58,172 nucleotides of DNA from Candidatus Thorarchaeota archaeon (GTDB taxonomy: Archaea > Asgardarchaeota > Thorarchaeia > Thorarchaeales > Thorarchaeaceae): NCBI GenBank assembly GCA_048882385.1, contig JBHLRQ010000007.1, forward strand, positions 1-58,172, read 5' to 3'. The notes under the pieces are model-generated. The model worked only from the letters and a program-made list of their open reading frames with translations. It searched no databases and was not told the DNA's origin. Shown piece by piece: positions 46,995 through 56,561 of this stretch (the stretch's first letter is position 1; the number at the start of each line of letters is the position of its first letter). A program made the position numbers and the translations under genes.

Positions 46995-47555
46995 TCATTC
47001 TATCCCGTTATCCATTGCCCACTCGAGTACACGTGCTGCTTGAGCACTTGCCATTCCCCAAGATCTAAGATTCAAAATGAGGTTTCTGATTCCTGTGATC
47101 CAATCAGAGAGAAGCTCCTGTATTCTCACCTTGATGATGGGATCATCTTCTTCTTTGTACACTGGCAGTATCATACCTACAAGGCTCTGAGATAGCACTA
47201 GAATGGTTTCAAGTCTAGCAATCCATTCTTCTCGAGGTAATCCTGTCAATGTTTGTGCAACAGCAAGATGATAGTCGTATTGAGCTGTGAAATACCTAAG
47301 TCTCCAACTCAATACCTCAACAAGTAGTGTCTTGTGAGCAGTACTAGGTGCAGTTTTGATGAGAAGGCTCAAGAAACGTTGTGTCATTTCGTCAGCAGAT
47401 TGACTTGCATCAAAATACAGTGCCATAGCTTGTTGATATTCTTCATTAGAGAGACTTTCGCTTGCACGATCTATGCTTTCCTTGAACCGCTCAATTAAAG
47501 CTCGAGTCGATGCTCCCTCAATGTCTTCCAAGTAGAATATCACCTCTTTTCTCAA
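46995..47555 (-). CDS. Hypothetical alpha-helical protein
   Basis: 186-aa ORF with amphipathic helices; start uncertain. Confidence 0.65.
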   Translation of the reverse strand: MRKEVIFYLEDIEGASTRALIERFKESIDRASESLSNEEYQQAMALYFDASQSADEMTQRFLSLLIKTAPSTAHKTLLVEVLSWRLRYFTAQYDYHLAVAQTLTGLPREEWIARLETILVLSQSLVGMILPVYKEEDDPIIKVRIQELLSDWITGIRNLILNLRSWGMASAQAARVLEWAMDNGIE

Positions 47556-47644
47556 TCTTCAAGACAAACGTCCAAATCCGGATTTTTCTTTTTGTGTAGC
47601 ACTTATCCTGCATTTTTTTACCCCAATATGATACTTTGTAGTTT

Positions 47645-48634
47645 CTATTCAGCTAACTCAGGAATGGGCGGAGGGCAACTAATTTTGTACTCCACCACAG
47701 ATTGTGTCCAATTCATAAACTCATCACTCGGAGGTTTTTGTTGATACAACTGTTTCCTATCAGCTTCGTATGTGCGATTTCTAGTTCCTGCAAATTCAGC
47801 CATTGTTAGTATTCGGTTTCCAGCACGCTCAGATGCTTTAATCACTGGATCAATCCATTTCAACCAATCAGAATCCCTGAGGATATGGTGGTCAATAACA
47901 AGTGTCGGGATTGCTGATGCCAAAGAAATGAGGGAATAGAGAGCATTTTCTTTATCAGATTTAGTGAACTGTGATAAATAGACTGGAGGTCCACCGACGA
48001 TCGCAAGTTCGGGGGTCACAGATAAGATATAATGAAGGGTTTCTCTATCAACCGGACCCTGCACATCGGGTGCAAAGAGAAATCGTTTCTCAGAATACTC
48101 AATTGTTGTTGCAAGAACATACCCAAGACGGGTATTCTTTTCACCATGGGGTAGTGGATGAGAATATGTGATTTTCGTGTTGCCAAACTCAAATACTTGG
48201 CTATCGGCCCATTTTATCTCCTTTACTACATTTTTTACATCGCGCTCCAAGAAGAATCCACGTCGTCTTTGAGATGGGTTGATGTTTTCGCGATTGTCTT
48301 TTGCGAGTACAAATTTGTCCTGAAATAGATCTTTTCTTTCACCTTGTGTACTAAGGTTGTAAAGATAATTTGTCAGTCCAGGACGTACATGGTCATAGTG
48401 GTAATGCGAAATAGATAGAGCGTCAGCTTTCTCTGCACTGATTGTTATTGCGTTTAGAGACTTTTTGAGAGCCACATATTCTAGAGGGTGCGGTTCGAGA
48501 TTGTACCTTTTCGCCAATGCCGCCGATGGATCAAGTAGGATATGAAAATCCGGTGTGACAACTTCTGTACAGAGAGAACGACTTCCTAAGCTTTCAGCTG
48601 CTAATGGAGTGATTTGGAATTTACCGAGTTTCAT
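47645..48634 (-). CDS. MBL-fold hydrolase, UPF0282-like; start corrected to ATG 48634
   Basis: PLAAESLGSRS, ISHYHYDH, NINPSQRRR, PHG, DVQGP, DHHILRD. Confidence 0.85.
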   Translation of the reverse strand: MKLGKFQITPLAAESLGSRSLCTEVVTPDFHILLDPSAALAKRYNLEPHPLEYVALKKSLNAITISAEKADALSISHYHYDHVRPGLTNYLYNLSTQGERKDLFQDKFVLAKDNRENINPSQRRRGFFLERDVKNVVKEIKWADSQVFEFGNTKITYSHPLPHGEKNTRLGYVLATTIEYSEKRFLFAPDVQGPVDRETLHYILSVTPELAIVGGPPVYLSQFTKSDKENALYSLISLASAIPTLVIDHHILRDSDWLKWIDPVIKASERAGNRILTMAEFAGTRNRTYEADRKQLYQQKPPSDEFMNWTQSVVEYKISCPPPIPELAE

Positions 48635-49139
48635 TGTCACACTCTCTGAAATAGACAAGATGGTATCCTTTATCATGGAGTAACTCAGCTTCGTATAGAA
48701 TGGGACCATCTTTCTCTCTGAAACATCTGAACATCTGATAATCTGAAGGTAGAAAATCAGATTCAAGAGAAGCGATCTCCTTCTCTGTGAAAAGAGCGAG
48801 TGTTCCTTCCCTATGATTTTCAACAAAAGAAGAGATTTCTCCAAAGCTCACAAAGATTAGAAAATGAGCTGATAGAGACCCATCTGGTTCAATCAATCGC
48901 TCTGAAACCATTCCACGATATTCGTAGTTAGATAAACTAGGTGCACCTGTTTCCTCAATGACTTCTCTAACTGCCGCAGCTTGAATATGCTCACCCAAAG
49001 CTACCTTTCCTCCAACCATACTCCAGAGATTCTCGTATGGTGGATTTCGCCTTTTAAGAAATAGAAACCTATCGCCATGTCTTAGCATTGTTATGGCTAT
49101 CGGCACCATCTGTGTCATCAAAGTCACCTGATTTGACAT
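48621..49139 (-). CDS. NUDIX hydrolase
   Basis: Nudix box GGKVALGEHIQAAAVREVIEETG. Confidence 0.92.
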   Translation of the reverse strand: MSNQVTLMTQMVPIAITMLRHGDRFLFLKRRNPPYENLWSMVGGKVALGEHIQAAAVREVIEETGAPSLSNYEYRGMVSERLIEPDGSLSAHFLIFVSFGEISSFVENHREGTLALFTEKEIASLESDFLPSDYQMFRCFREKDGPILYEAELLHDKGYHLVYFRECDNETR

Positions 49140-49223
49140 TCGTTCCCGCTGCTTTAAACCTAGAGGGAGGAGGAAGCCAACATTCTTAGCGCAGCAAAAG
49201 AGTGTGTTGAGTGGGTCTGAAAA

Positions 49224-50708
49224 TTGGGTAGACTTGTATCTGATGAGGTCAGAAAAGAAGTTCTGGCCAAGATAACTCCAAGCAAGAAAGAGTTAGAGAA
49301 TCAGAAAGAAGTCATTTCTAGTCTTAAGGAAGTACTTATCGAAAAAGCAGAGTCCATCGAGTTTGCATTCTCCTTCATTGAACCTCAAGGATCAACAGGA
49401 CTAAAACAGACTCAGCTCAGAAATGCCGCTGATATCGACCTGTTTGTAGGATTAAATCCCTCAGAATATTCAGAAATCTTAGAATTACCTCAACAAAAAA
49501 GACACTCAGGTCTTGACAACTTAATGACCAGTCTAGTGAATGATTTGTTGATGCCCGCAGTTACTGAATTAGAGGTGTCAAATGTAAGGAAGACATACTC
49601 TCAACATCCTTACGTATCGTTGGAAATGAACGGACTGGAAGTTGATATTCTCGGTTGTTTTGATATTGATTCAAAATATCTCTCAGAAAAGGGTCCGATT
49701 ACTGCAGTTGATAGGACTGTGCATCACACACGATATGTAGCAGATAATCTGACTGAAGAGAAAAGAGAGAACGCGAGAATTCTGAAATCATTTGTCAGGG
49801 GTTGCCATGCATATGGCGATAGATGCGCTGTAGGGAGAATGGGTCTAACAGGTGTTTCTCTAGAATTGATCTCAATAATTTCTGTGGATCTTAATGATGC
49901 ATTCTACATGTTGGAACATCTTGATGAGAATCCTGTTGACCCAGAAAATCGCACATTAGCAGAACTTAGAAAGACAAAGTCATTTAGGGATAATCATATT
50001 TTCCTCATAGATCCAACAGACCATCGGCGAAACATTGCTTCAAGTTTCACGCCCCGATCATATAGATGGGTAAAATATAGAATTTTAGAGATGAGAAGAA
50101 TTTCCAAGCAAGAAAATTCAAAATCAATTACGAATATTCTCTTGGAAAAACCAATTCCAACCACTACTTTACCAAATTGGTTGAAAAAGTATACTGCGGT
50201 ACTAGAGTTCAAATCAGATGGCTCATCGCATTACACGATTCTACGTGATAAACTCTACAGATTAGCAAGAAAATCTCAGGCGCAATTATTGAATGAGAGA
50301 ACAGGTGAACCGAGGTTTGGATTAAGTCTTGTTGAAGTGTATTTTGAGAAGGACAAATATTCAGTAGGGGTCATAGTTGAAAAACACAAGATTGGAGAGG
50401 AATACCAAAGACGAGGACCCCCAGTAGAATTGCATGATGCATCAGAGGAATTTAGAAAAAGTCATCCTGATTCAAAACTAAAGGATGGATTCTATTGGGT
50501 CATAGAGAAAAGAGACTGGGTGTCTGCATCAGATCTTTTTGAAGACATTCTGCTAAATAATCCTATAGAAGGATTAACTCCAACCAAACTGAGTGATGTT
50601 TCAAAGAAAGTACTCAATGTGCTATGGAGATTTGTACTTCCTATAGAACCTGAATTCAATCAGAGAATAACAACAGTTAAGGACAAAAACCAGGTCAGAA
50701 CTGGGTGA
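49224..50708 (+). CDS. cca: Archaeal class I CCA-adding enzyme
   Basis: GS..K.T.L....DIDLF, YSQHPY, TAVDRT..HT, LIDPTD..RNIAS, GPP. Confidence 0.85.
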   Translation: MGRLVSDEVRKEVLAKITPSKKELENQKEVISSLKEVLIEKAESIEFAFSFIEPQGSTGLKQTQLRNAADIDLFVGLNPSEYSEILELPQQKRHSGLDNLMTSLVNDLLMPAVTELEVSNVRKTYSQHPYVSLEMNGLEVDILGCFDIDSKYLSEKGPITAVDRTVHHTRYVADNLTEEKRENARILKSFVRGCHAYGDRCAVGRMGLTGVSLELISIISVDLNDAFYMLEHLDENPVDPENRTLAELRKTKSFRDNHIFLIDPTDHRRNIASSFTPRSYRWVKYRILEMRRISKQENSKSITNILLEKPIPTTTLPNWLKKYTAVLEFKSDGSSHYTILRDKLYRLARKSQAQLLNERTGEPRFGLSLVEVYFEKDKYSVGVIVEKHKIGEEYQRRGPPVELHDASEEFRKSHPDSKLKDGFYWVIEKRDWVSASDLFEDILLNNPIEGLTPTKLSDVSKKVLNVLWRFVLPIEPEFNQRITTVKDKNQVRTG

Positions 50709-50714
50709 AAGATA

Positions 50715-51788
50715 GTGCCAGACGAAAAGATAGCCTTCATTTCGCATCCAGAGTCAGGATTGCATCGGATGCCCTTTCCAAAACCCCATCTTGAATCATT
50801 TGAGAATCCTCTTCGAACTCAGATTGCTGAACGATATTTGGAAAAAAGTGGTATATTGAACCACACTCAAAGAGTTAAGGCACCCAAGGCGAATTTGAAG
50901 GATGTACGAATTGTTCATTCTGATTATCTTGTAGACACAGTTGAGATTATGAGTGAGATAGGCACTGGGCAACTTGGAGAAGCATCATACGCCAGTCACG
51001 ATTTACTTCATTGTGCACTACTTGCAGTAGGAGGCGCAATGAAAGGATCTGATCTTGTTTCTTCAAAGAGTGTTTCTCATGCATTTGTACTCATGCGCCC
51101 ACCTGGACATCACGCGTCTACATCAAATCCAATGGGATTATGTTATTTCAACAATGTTGCAATCGCAGTACGACATGCTTTGAAACGTGATGATATCAAT
51201 AGGGTTTCAATCGTCGATTTTGACAATCATCACGGGAACGGGTCATCTGAGATATTCTATTCTGATCCAAATGTCCAGTTCATTTCTGTTCATGAGTATG
51301 ACTATGAAAACTTTGGACTTGGTCATTATTCAGAAATTGGATTTGGAAAGGCAAGGGGGACAAATATCAATATTCCACTAATCGAAAATTCTTCTGACAA
51401 GTCGTATGATGATGCAATAAAGCGAATAATTGTTCCAGCTTTGAAGAAGTTTAAGCCAGACATGATCTTTGTTTCTGCAGGATACGATGCCCACTATGCG
51501 GATCCGGTTGGAAATATGGATGTAGACTCTAGAACATTTTGGAATTTTGGATCTAGTTTGAGAAAGGTCATAGACTCCCTTGAAACAAGAGGATCAATCT
51601 GGGTTCTTGAGGGAGGCTATAATGCTATTGTTTTGGGACCGTCGATAGCAGCAAGTTTGCAAGGACTTGTAGGAGATTCATGTCCGGCCTTGGATGATCA
51701 GATTGAACGAGAGAGACACAAACCAATACTCGAAGCAAACAAAGAGATTATTGCTAAGGTTCTAGAAACTATCAAATCCCTCTGGTGA
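50715..51788 (+). CDS. Histone deacetylase family protein
   Basis: RPPGHHA, CYFNNVA, DFDNHHGNG, AGYDAH..DP, LEGGY. Confidence 0.93.
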   Translation: MPDEKIAFISHPESGLHRMPFPKPHLESFENPLRTQIAERYLEKSGILNHTQRVKAPKANLKDVRIVHSDYLVDTVEIMSEIGTGQLGEASYASHDLLHCALLAVGGAMKGSDLVSSKSVSHAFVLMRPPGHHASTSNPMGLCYFNNVAIAVRHALKRDDINRVSIVDFDNHHGNGSSEIFYSDPNVQFISVHEYDYENFGLGHYSEIGFGKARGTNINIPLIENSSDKSYDDAIKRIIVPALKKFKPDMIFVSAGYDAHYADPVGNMDVDSRTFWNFGSSLRKVIDSLETRGSIWVLEGGYNAIVLGPSIAASLQGLVGDSCPALDDQIERERHKPILEANKEIIAKVLETIKSLW

Positions 51789-51852
51789 CATGCACAAGAT
51801 TTTAAGGTCACCCGAGTTGGCGAGCCACAATCAGTTATGGTGGAACTGGAAA

Positions 51853-52149
51853 TTGGGTAAGAAAAGAAAATCCGGCGGTCGAAGTAAAGGCAGTTCGGGC
51901 AAGAGCGGGACAGTTCAATGCACGAAGTGTGGACGTATCGTACCAGCCGACAAAGCAAAGAAATACACGAAGAGAGTATCAGCTGTTGAACCTCAGCTCG
52001 CTCGAGAGCTTAGGCAACAGGGAAGCTATATCCAGACTAGAAGAGTCACATCCTACTATTGTGTGAGCTGTGCAGTTCATTCTGGAAAGGTTCAGATTAG
52101 ACAAGCCACAGAACGAAAAACTGTTCCTAGTCGCGGTCGACGATATTAA
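51853..52149 (+). CDS. rps26e: Ribosomal protein eS26 (S26e); probable TTG start at 51853
   Basis: KKRKSGGR, VQCTKCGRIVPADKA, YCVSCAVH. Confidence 0.93.
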   Translation: MGKKRKSGGRSKGSSGKSGTVQCTKCGRIVPADKAKKYTKRVSAVEPQLARELRQQGSYIQTRRVTSYYCVSCAVHSGKVQIRQATERKTVPSRGRRY

Positions 52150-52220
52150 ACTCACCATGATAGATCTTCAAAAAATATCGAACAACTCATCGGAATAAGC
52201 AAAACTAGCTGGTAAGCCAA

Positions 52221-52820
52221 ATGCAACCAGAATCCACCATACTAAGATTCATCCAGCTCCTACCTCAGGCATCGCCAGTGGGTGATTTCCTTCTCAAAGA
52301 TTTGCCCGGTTCTGGAAAACGCATAGATGTCCTTTGTAGAGACCTTGCAGCTTGCTTTTCATGGGGCCCAATAATTTGGTCTAAGGAGAGACTCGAACTC
52401 ATTGCTGTCATTGCAAATTCCTGCATTCTTACATTTAGTTTTCCAGGCACCAACACTCCAAGGAATGAGGTCCAATGGGCAACTGTAATCAGAGATTCTT
52501 TGAGAAAGCAACCTCCAAATTATGTTCGTATTTCAGAGGGTTCGATCGAAGACATTATGAAGAGGTACAATCTTCCTCCAAAATCCAAACTGTGGGTATT
52601 AGAGGAAGGAGGTCTCCCAATATCTAAAATCTGGGAAGAGCAGTCATTTACTCAGAACAGTTTTATGCTTGGAGACCACAGAGGCTTCGATTCTCAAACG
52701 GATAAGCTCATATCCGAACATGCACTTCTTCGACTCTCTCTAGGGAAGAACAGTTATCTTAGTAGTCACTGTGTGGCTTTAATAATCTCAGAATTCGAGA
52801 GGATAGAAAATGTCGAATGA
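52221..52820 (+). CDS. trmY: tRNA (pseudouridine54-N1)-methyltransferase-like SPOUT protein
   Basis: DLPGSGKRIDVLCR, LEEGG, FMLGDHRGF, LSLG..Y..SHC. Confidence 0.8.
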   Translation: MQPESTILRFIQLLPQASPVGDFLLKDLPGSGKRIDVLCRDLAACFSWGPIIWSKERLELIAVIANSCILTFSFPGTNTPRNEVQWATVIRDSLRKQPPNYVRISEGSIEDIMKRYNLPPKSKLWVLEEGGLPISKIWEEQSFTQNSFMLGDHRGFDSQTDKLISEHALLRLSLGKNSYLSSHCVALIISEFERIENVE

Positions 52821-53160
52821 CGATTCCATGATTGATAGACCAAAGGCGATGACACGACTAGTTAACAAGTTGACAAAGGAGATGCTCTGGATGTATATCT
52901 TGCGTCTTCTTCAAGAACGACCTCATTACGGATATGAGATAAAGGAGCTAATAACCAAGCGTTTTGGCTTTTCCCCAGCAATAGTGAGCGGATATGCAAT
53001 TATCTATCGATTAACCAAGGATGGTCTCATTGAAGAACAAAGAACCGATGATTCTCCGAGAAAATACTATGCAATCACTGAGAAGGGCAGTAGAGCCATG
53101 TCTGAAGCTAAGGCATTTCTCACGAAGACTGTAGGAATGGTTTTCGACCAGACTGATTGA
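52810..53160 (+). CDS. PadR family transcriptional regulator
   Basis: ILRLL...HYGYEI, Y..IYRL..DGLI, RKYYAITEKG. Confidence 0.9.
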   Translation: MSNDDSMIDRPKAMTRLVNKLTKEMLWMYILRLLQERPHYGYEIKELITKRFGFSPAIVSGYAIIYRLTKDGLIEEQRTDDSPRKYYAITEKGSRAMSEAKAFLTKTVGMVFDQTD

Positions 53161-53161
53161 T

Positions 53162-54055
53162 CTAACGGACTTTGATGGCATCTGAAATCTGCTCGTATCT
53201 CTGGTCGATTTCGCTATTATTGATTTTAAAATCAAGACCTTTGTGTTCTACCTTCACACTAGCTATTGAAGACCCATATGCACCGCATTCAGAGAGGTTT
53301 TTTCCATCGAGATACTTTGAAGCAAATCCGGAGAGATAGACAGAACCAGCAAACATCTCATCGACGGAATTTGTTTTGAAAGCAGGAATAATATGAAAGT
53401 CATTCCCATCATAAATGAGACTACCTTTATCTCCCTGCGTTATAACACAGGTTTCAGCAGCCCACTCTACTAAGAGTTCTGCAGCAAGAAAAGGATCCGA
53501 CTCTCCTGTGATTAGAAGAGAGTCTCGTTCATTAGGTTGGATAACATCTAGAACACAGTGAGTTTTCTCCATCAGATTGAGTTCTGAGATGGTTTTCAAT
53601 CTTCCATCCGCAGCTACTGTTTGTAGCTGAGGATTGAGGAATACAATAGAGTCTGACGTGTTGCAAATCCACTCAATAAGTTCTGAATCTATTTCTTGAA
53701 GTGACGGGCACAGAAGAATAGCTCTTGCTTGAAGGAACTCGTCAGGAATGTCACGGATTCTAATCCTTTGTGTAAATCCTAAGAATTCAACTATCTTTTC
53801 GTTCTCTAGACCATACTCTATTCTCCAAGTTTTGCCACCATTGTCTTCTATGAGATAATATTCTGGAATATCCAGAGAATCCAATGTGGTCACAAATTGA
53901 TTTGTCCTTTCTGTATCCAAGGACCCAAGGATGGCTAATTGCTCAATGCCTAGTTTGGCTGCGGCGGTAGCACTGTAAACACTAGGACCTGATAGTGATG
54001 GGATGCCATCCACAAGGAAAAATGAAGGATTCCCAATTACAACGACATCATACAT
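53162..54055 (-). CDS. PfkB/ribokinase family protein with a degenerate catalytic signature
   Basis: GPSVYS, PNERD, ITQGDKGS; the signature reads VDEMFAGS instead of VDxxGAGD. Confidence 0.8.
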   Translation of the reverse strand: MYDVVVIGNPSFFLVDGIPSLSGPSVYSATAAAKLGIEQLAILGSLDTERTNQFVTTLDSLDIPEYYLIEDNGGKTWRIEYGLENEKIVEFLGFTQRIRIRDIPDEFLQARAILLCPSLQEIDSELIEWICNTSDSIVFLNPQLQTVAADGRLKTISELNLMEKTHCVLDVIQPNERDSLLITGESDPFLAAELLVEWAAETCVITQGDKGSLIYDGNDFHIIPAFKTNSVDEMFAGSVYLSGFASKYLDGKNLSECGAYGSSIASVKVEHKGLDFKINNSEIDQRYEQISDAIKVR

Positions 54056-54779
54056 CTACCGATTCTCCTTGTTCCGATGCTGTAATTATCTTACGAGCGT
54101 ATGCAAGTCTCTGAACTACAGTAATGTGAGAAAGAATTCCAACTATCACAATGCAGAGTGTTAGGATATTTGTGATATCTAGTATTATGAAGAAATCAAG
54201 TAACGCAGGAATTGGAGTTAATATATCCTCCCAGATATTGGTTTGTGGAATAATCAGAAGTAAAATCCCTGCAAATTGAAGAATCAGTTTCTCTTGCCTT
54301 TCAGCGATACCAACCGTGCAGCTTTCCATTCCACCAACAGATTCAGCCTTTGCGCGAGTGAAGCTTGCCATTATCATTCCAAAGAGTGTGAAGAATCCCC
54401 AGAACCATGGAATGAAAGTATCACCAGCACTCCACCATGGAATGGTGGTTGTATTGAGAGGACCCATCATGAGTCCCAGCATGAATAGGAACTCAGCATA
54501 CCGATCAAGAGTATGGTCAAAGGTAGCTCCGAACTTTGATGCAAGCCCTGCAGCTCGTGCGACTGCTCCATCAAACATGTCCATAACTACAGTCAGAATC
54601 ATGAATAGGAATCCAGCTACAAGATCACCCATAGCAAAGAACCAAGCACTGACAAGAGCGACAATCACCGTAAGACCGGTAATCATGTTTGGGGTTATTC
54701 CGGTCTTTGCCAGAGCTCTGCCCACGGGCATCATGACACGCTGATACTGTTCTCTGAGCGATCCTAGCATAGATATCAC
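54048..54779 (-). CDS. CDP-alcohol phosphatidyltransferase (archaetidylinositol phosphate synthase-like)
   Basis: ITPNMIT, DMFDGAVAR...SKFGATFDHTLDRY, SFTRAKAE, VGIAERQE. Confidence 0.9.
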   Translation of the reverse strand: MISMLGSLREQYQRVMMPVGRALAKTGITPNMITGLTVIVALVSAWFFAMGDLVAGFLFMILTVVMDMFDGAVARAAGLASKFGATFDHTLDRYAEFLFMLGLMMGPLNTTTIPWWSAGDTFIPWFWGFFTLFGMIMASFTRAKAESVGGMESCTVGIAERQEKLILQFAGILLLIIPQTNIWEDILTPIPALLDFFIILDITNILTLCIVIVGILSHITVVQRLAYARKIITASEQGESVDV

Positions 54780-54844
54780 AGACCATTCCTATTGGTTCGA
54801 GGGTCGCCCACTGGTGGAGTGTTAATAAACGTGTTGAGGGGTGG

Positions 54845-56515
54845 TCATAGGACAGTCATTATTCGATTTAGGACCCATTCATATCCGAGTAGATTCAAGA
54901 ATCCACCAAGTCTGGGACCGGATTTTCGAGAGATTAATATTCGATAGAGAACCACAAATGCTCGTTTGTCTTTTAGACCCACTTCCCGGGCAGTCGAAAA
55001 TACCTTGCCTTGTAATTCCTCATCATCGAGAGGATCACCTTTCAGAATCTCTATGAATTCTCTGAGGAAAGCCTTGTCATCATTTGTTAGAGTATTTATA
55101 ATTTCCTTAGGAACTTGATCAGGAACCTCGACTTTGTCCCGATCACTACCAAATTCCTTGGCCCACGCTAGTGCCCTCGAGAGTCTTATTGGGATCAATG
55201 ATTTTGCGACTGGTGATATTTCTGAAATTTTATGTTGTTTCTTCAAAACATCATAGCATCGCTGCATGATTGTGTCCTCACTCAGAATTCGCTGAAGTTG
55301 CGATGTTAACACAGCGAATTTGAAGGAGAGTTTGGGGATGTATTTTTCACTTACAGGACGTACCTCAGTTAGTGGATACAAAACACGAGCCAGTTCCTGT
55401 TTCTCACTATCTGCATCGTCAAGACCATAGTAAGTACGTTCAAAGGTTTCGTAGATATCCACTAAATCAGGTATGAGGTCTGTTTGAATATTGTTTGCCT
55501 TCTCGGGATCAGTTCTAAGAACCATATACCTGAATAATTCTGGAGGTGCAATATTCAACCATGATCGTGGAGTAAAGACCACGCCTTTCGAAGTCCCCAT
55601 GTCACGCCCACCAAGACGAACCCATTCGAATGGAACTTTTACCGGACCTTCCCAACCAAATACTCGGCGAGACATCTCAAGACCCGTATCGTAAGAGCCG
55701 CCTTTCACAGCATGGTCTTTCCCCGCAGGTTCACATGTTGTTTTCATAACGTACCATTTTGCAGGCCAATCGACTCTCCACGATAGTTTCAGTCTGACTT
55801 CGTCGAGTTTGGCGGTATCGGAATGTCCACAATGTGCACACTCATAGGAAACCTCATCGTTCTCAGAATTATACGATGTCACTCGATTAGGTACGATCGA
55901 TCCTTTTCCACCTGATTGTAATCGACCACACTTTGGACAGACAACTGATGCAGGATACCAGGTCTTCATGGATTCGATATATTCTGCTTTCTGATTCTCA
56001 TCAAAATCTCGAGCCACATATTCAATCAATATCTCTCTGATAGTTTCAGTGTGGTTCAGACAAATACGAACTGCATCCAACATCTCTTTTGTTTCATAGA
56101 GTTTTGATTGATATACAACTTCTGGATCTGCTCCAAATTCAGGAAATGTTTCAACCAACTCACTTACCCAATGTGCACCTAAACTCTCACAGCAACCATA
56201 TGGATCGGGAGCATCTGAGTAGGGGACTCCCATATACTCATCAGGGGAAAGGGTCAAACTTGGAGGGAAGGCTCGAATAGGATCGTAATCGTCTGCGATG
56301 AAAACGGTCTTTGCATCTTTTCCCAATGTCAGGAGTTCTCGTTTGATGACATCTGCGATGATAATCTCTTTCATGAAACCAGTATGTACACTACCGCTCA
56401 TGCTCTTTCCTGTCACAATGAGATATTGATCAGGATCACGTTCCAATACCTCATTTACTACGTCACGAATCCAATGAATTGAGAATTCTTCTTGAGATTC
56501 ATCAGACGACATCAA
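54845..56515 (-). CDS. lysS: Class I lysyl-tRNA synthetase
   Basis: SGSVHTG, DDYD, KLSWRVDWPAKW, EPAGKDH, MGTSKG, GPRLG. Confidence 0.93.
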   Translation of the reverse strand: MMSSDESQEEFSIHWIRDVVNEVLERDPDQYLIVTGKSMSGSVHTGFMKEIIIADVIKRELLTLGKDAKTVFIADDYDPIRAFPPSLTLSPDEYMGVPYSDAPDPYGCCESLGAHWVSELVETFPEFGADPEVVYQSKLYETKEMLDAVRICLNHTETIREILIEYVARDFDENQKAEYIESMKTWYPASVVCPKCGRLQSGGKGSIVPNRVTSYNSENDEVSYECAHCGHSDTAKLDEVRLKLSWRVDWPAKWYVMKTTCEPAGKDHAVKGGSYDTGLEMSRRVFGWEGPVKVPFEWVRLGGRDMGTSKGVVFTPRSWLNIAPPELFRYMVLRTDPEKANNIQTDLIPDLVDIYETFERTYYGLDDADSEKQELARVLYPLTEVRPVSEKYIPKLSFKFAVLTSQLQRILSEDTIMQRCYDVLKKQHKISEISPVAKSLIPIRLSRALAWAKEFGSDRDKVEVPDQVPKEIINTLTNDDKAFLREFIEILKGDPLDDEELQGKVFSTAREVGLKDKRAFVVLYRILISRKSGPRLGGFLNLLGYEWVLNRIMTVL

Positions 56516-56561
56516 TCACTCCTCAGGTATCCCCGAGGCATGACCCTAAAGAACATTATCC

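Noticed and set aside
48635-48844. N-terminal extension of the UPF0282-like ORF
   Set aside because: It overlaps the NUDIX gene in another frame; family-like sequence starts at 48634.
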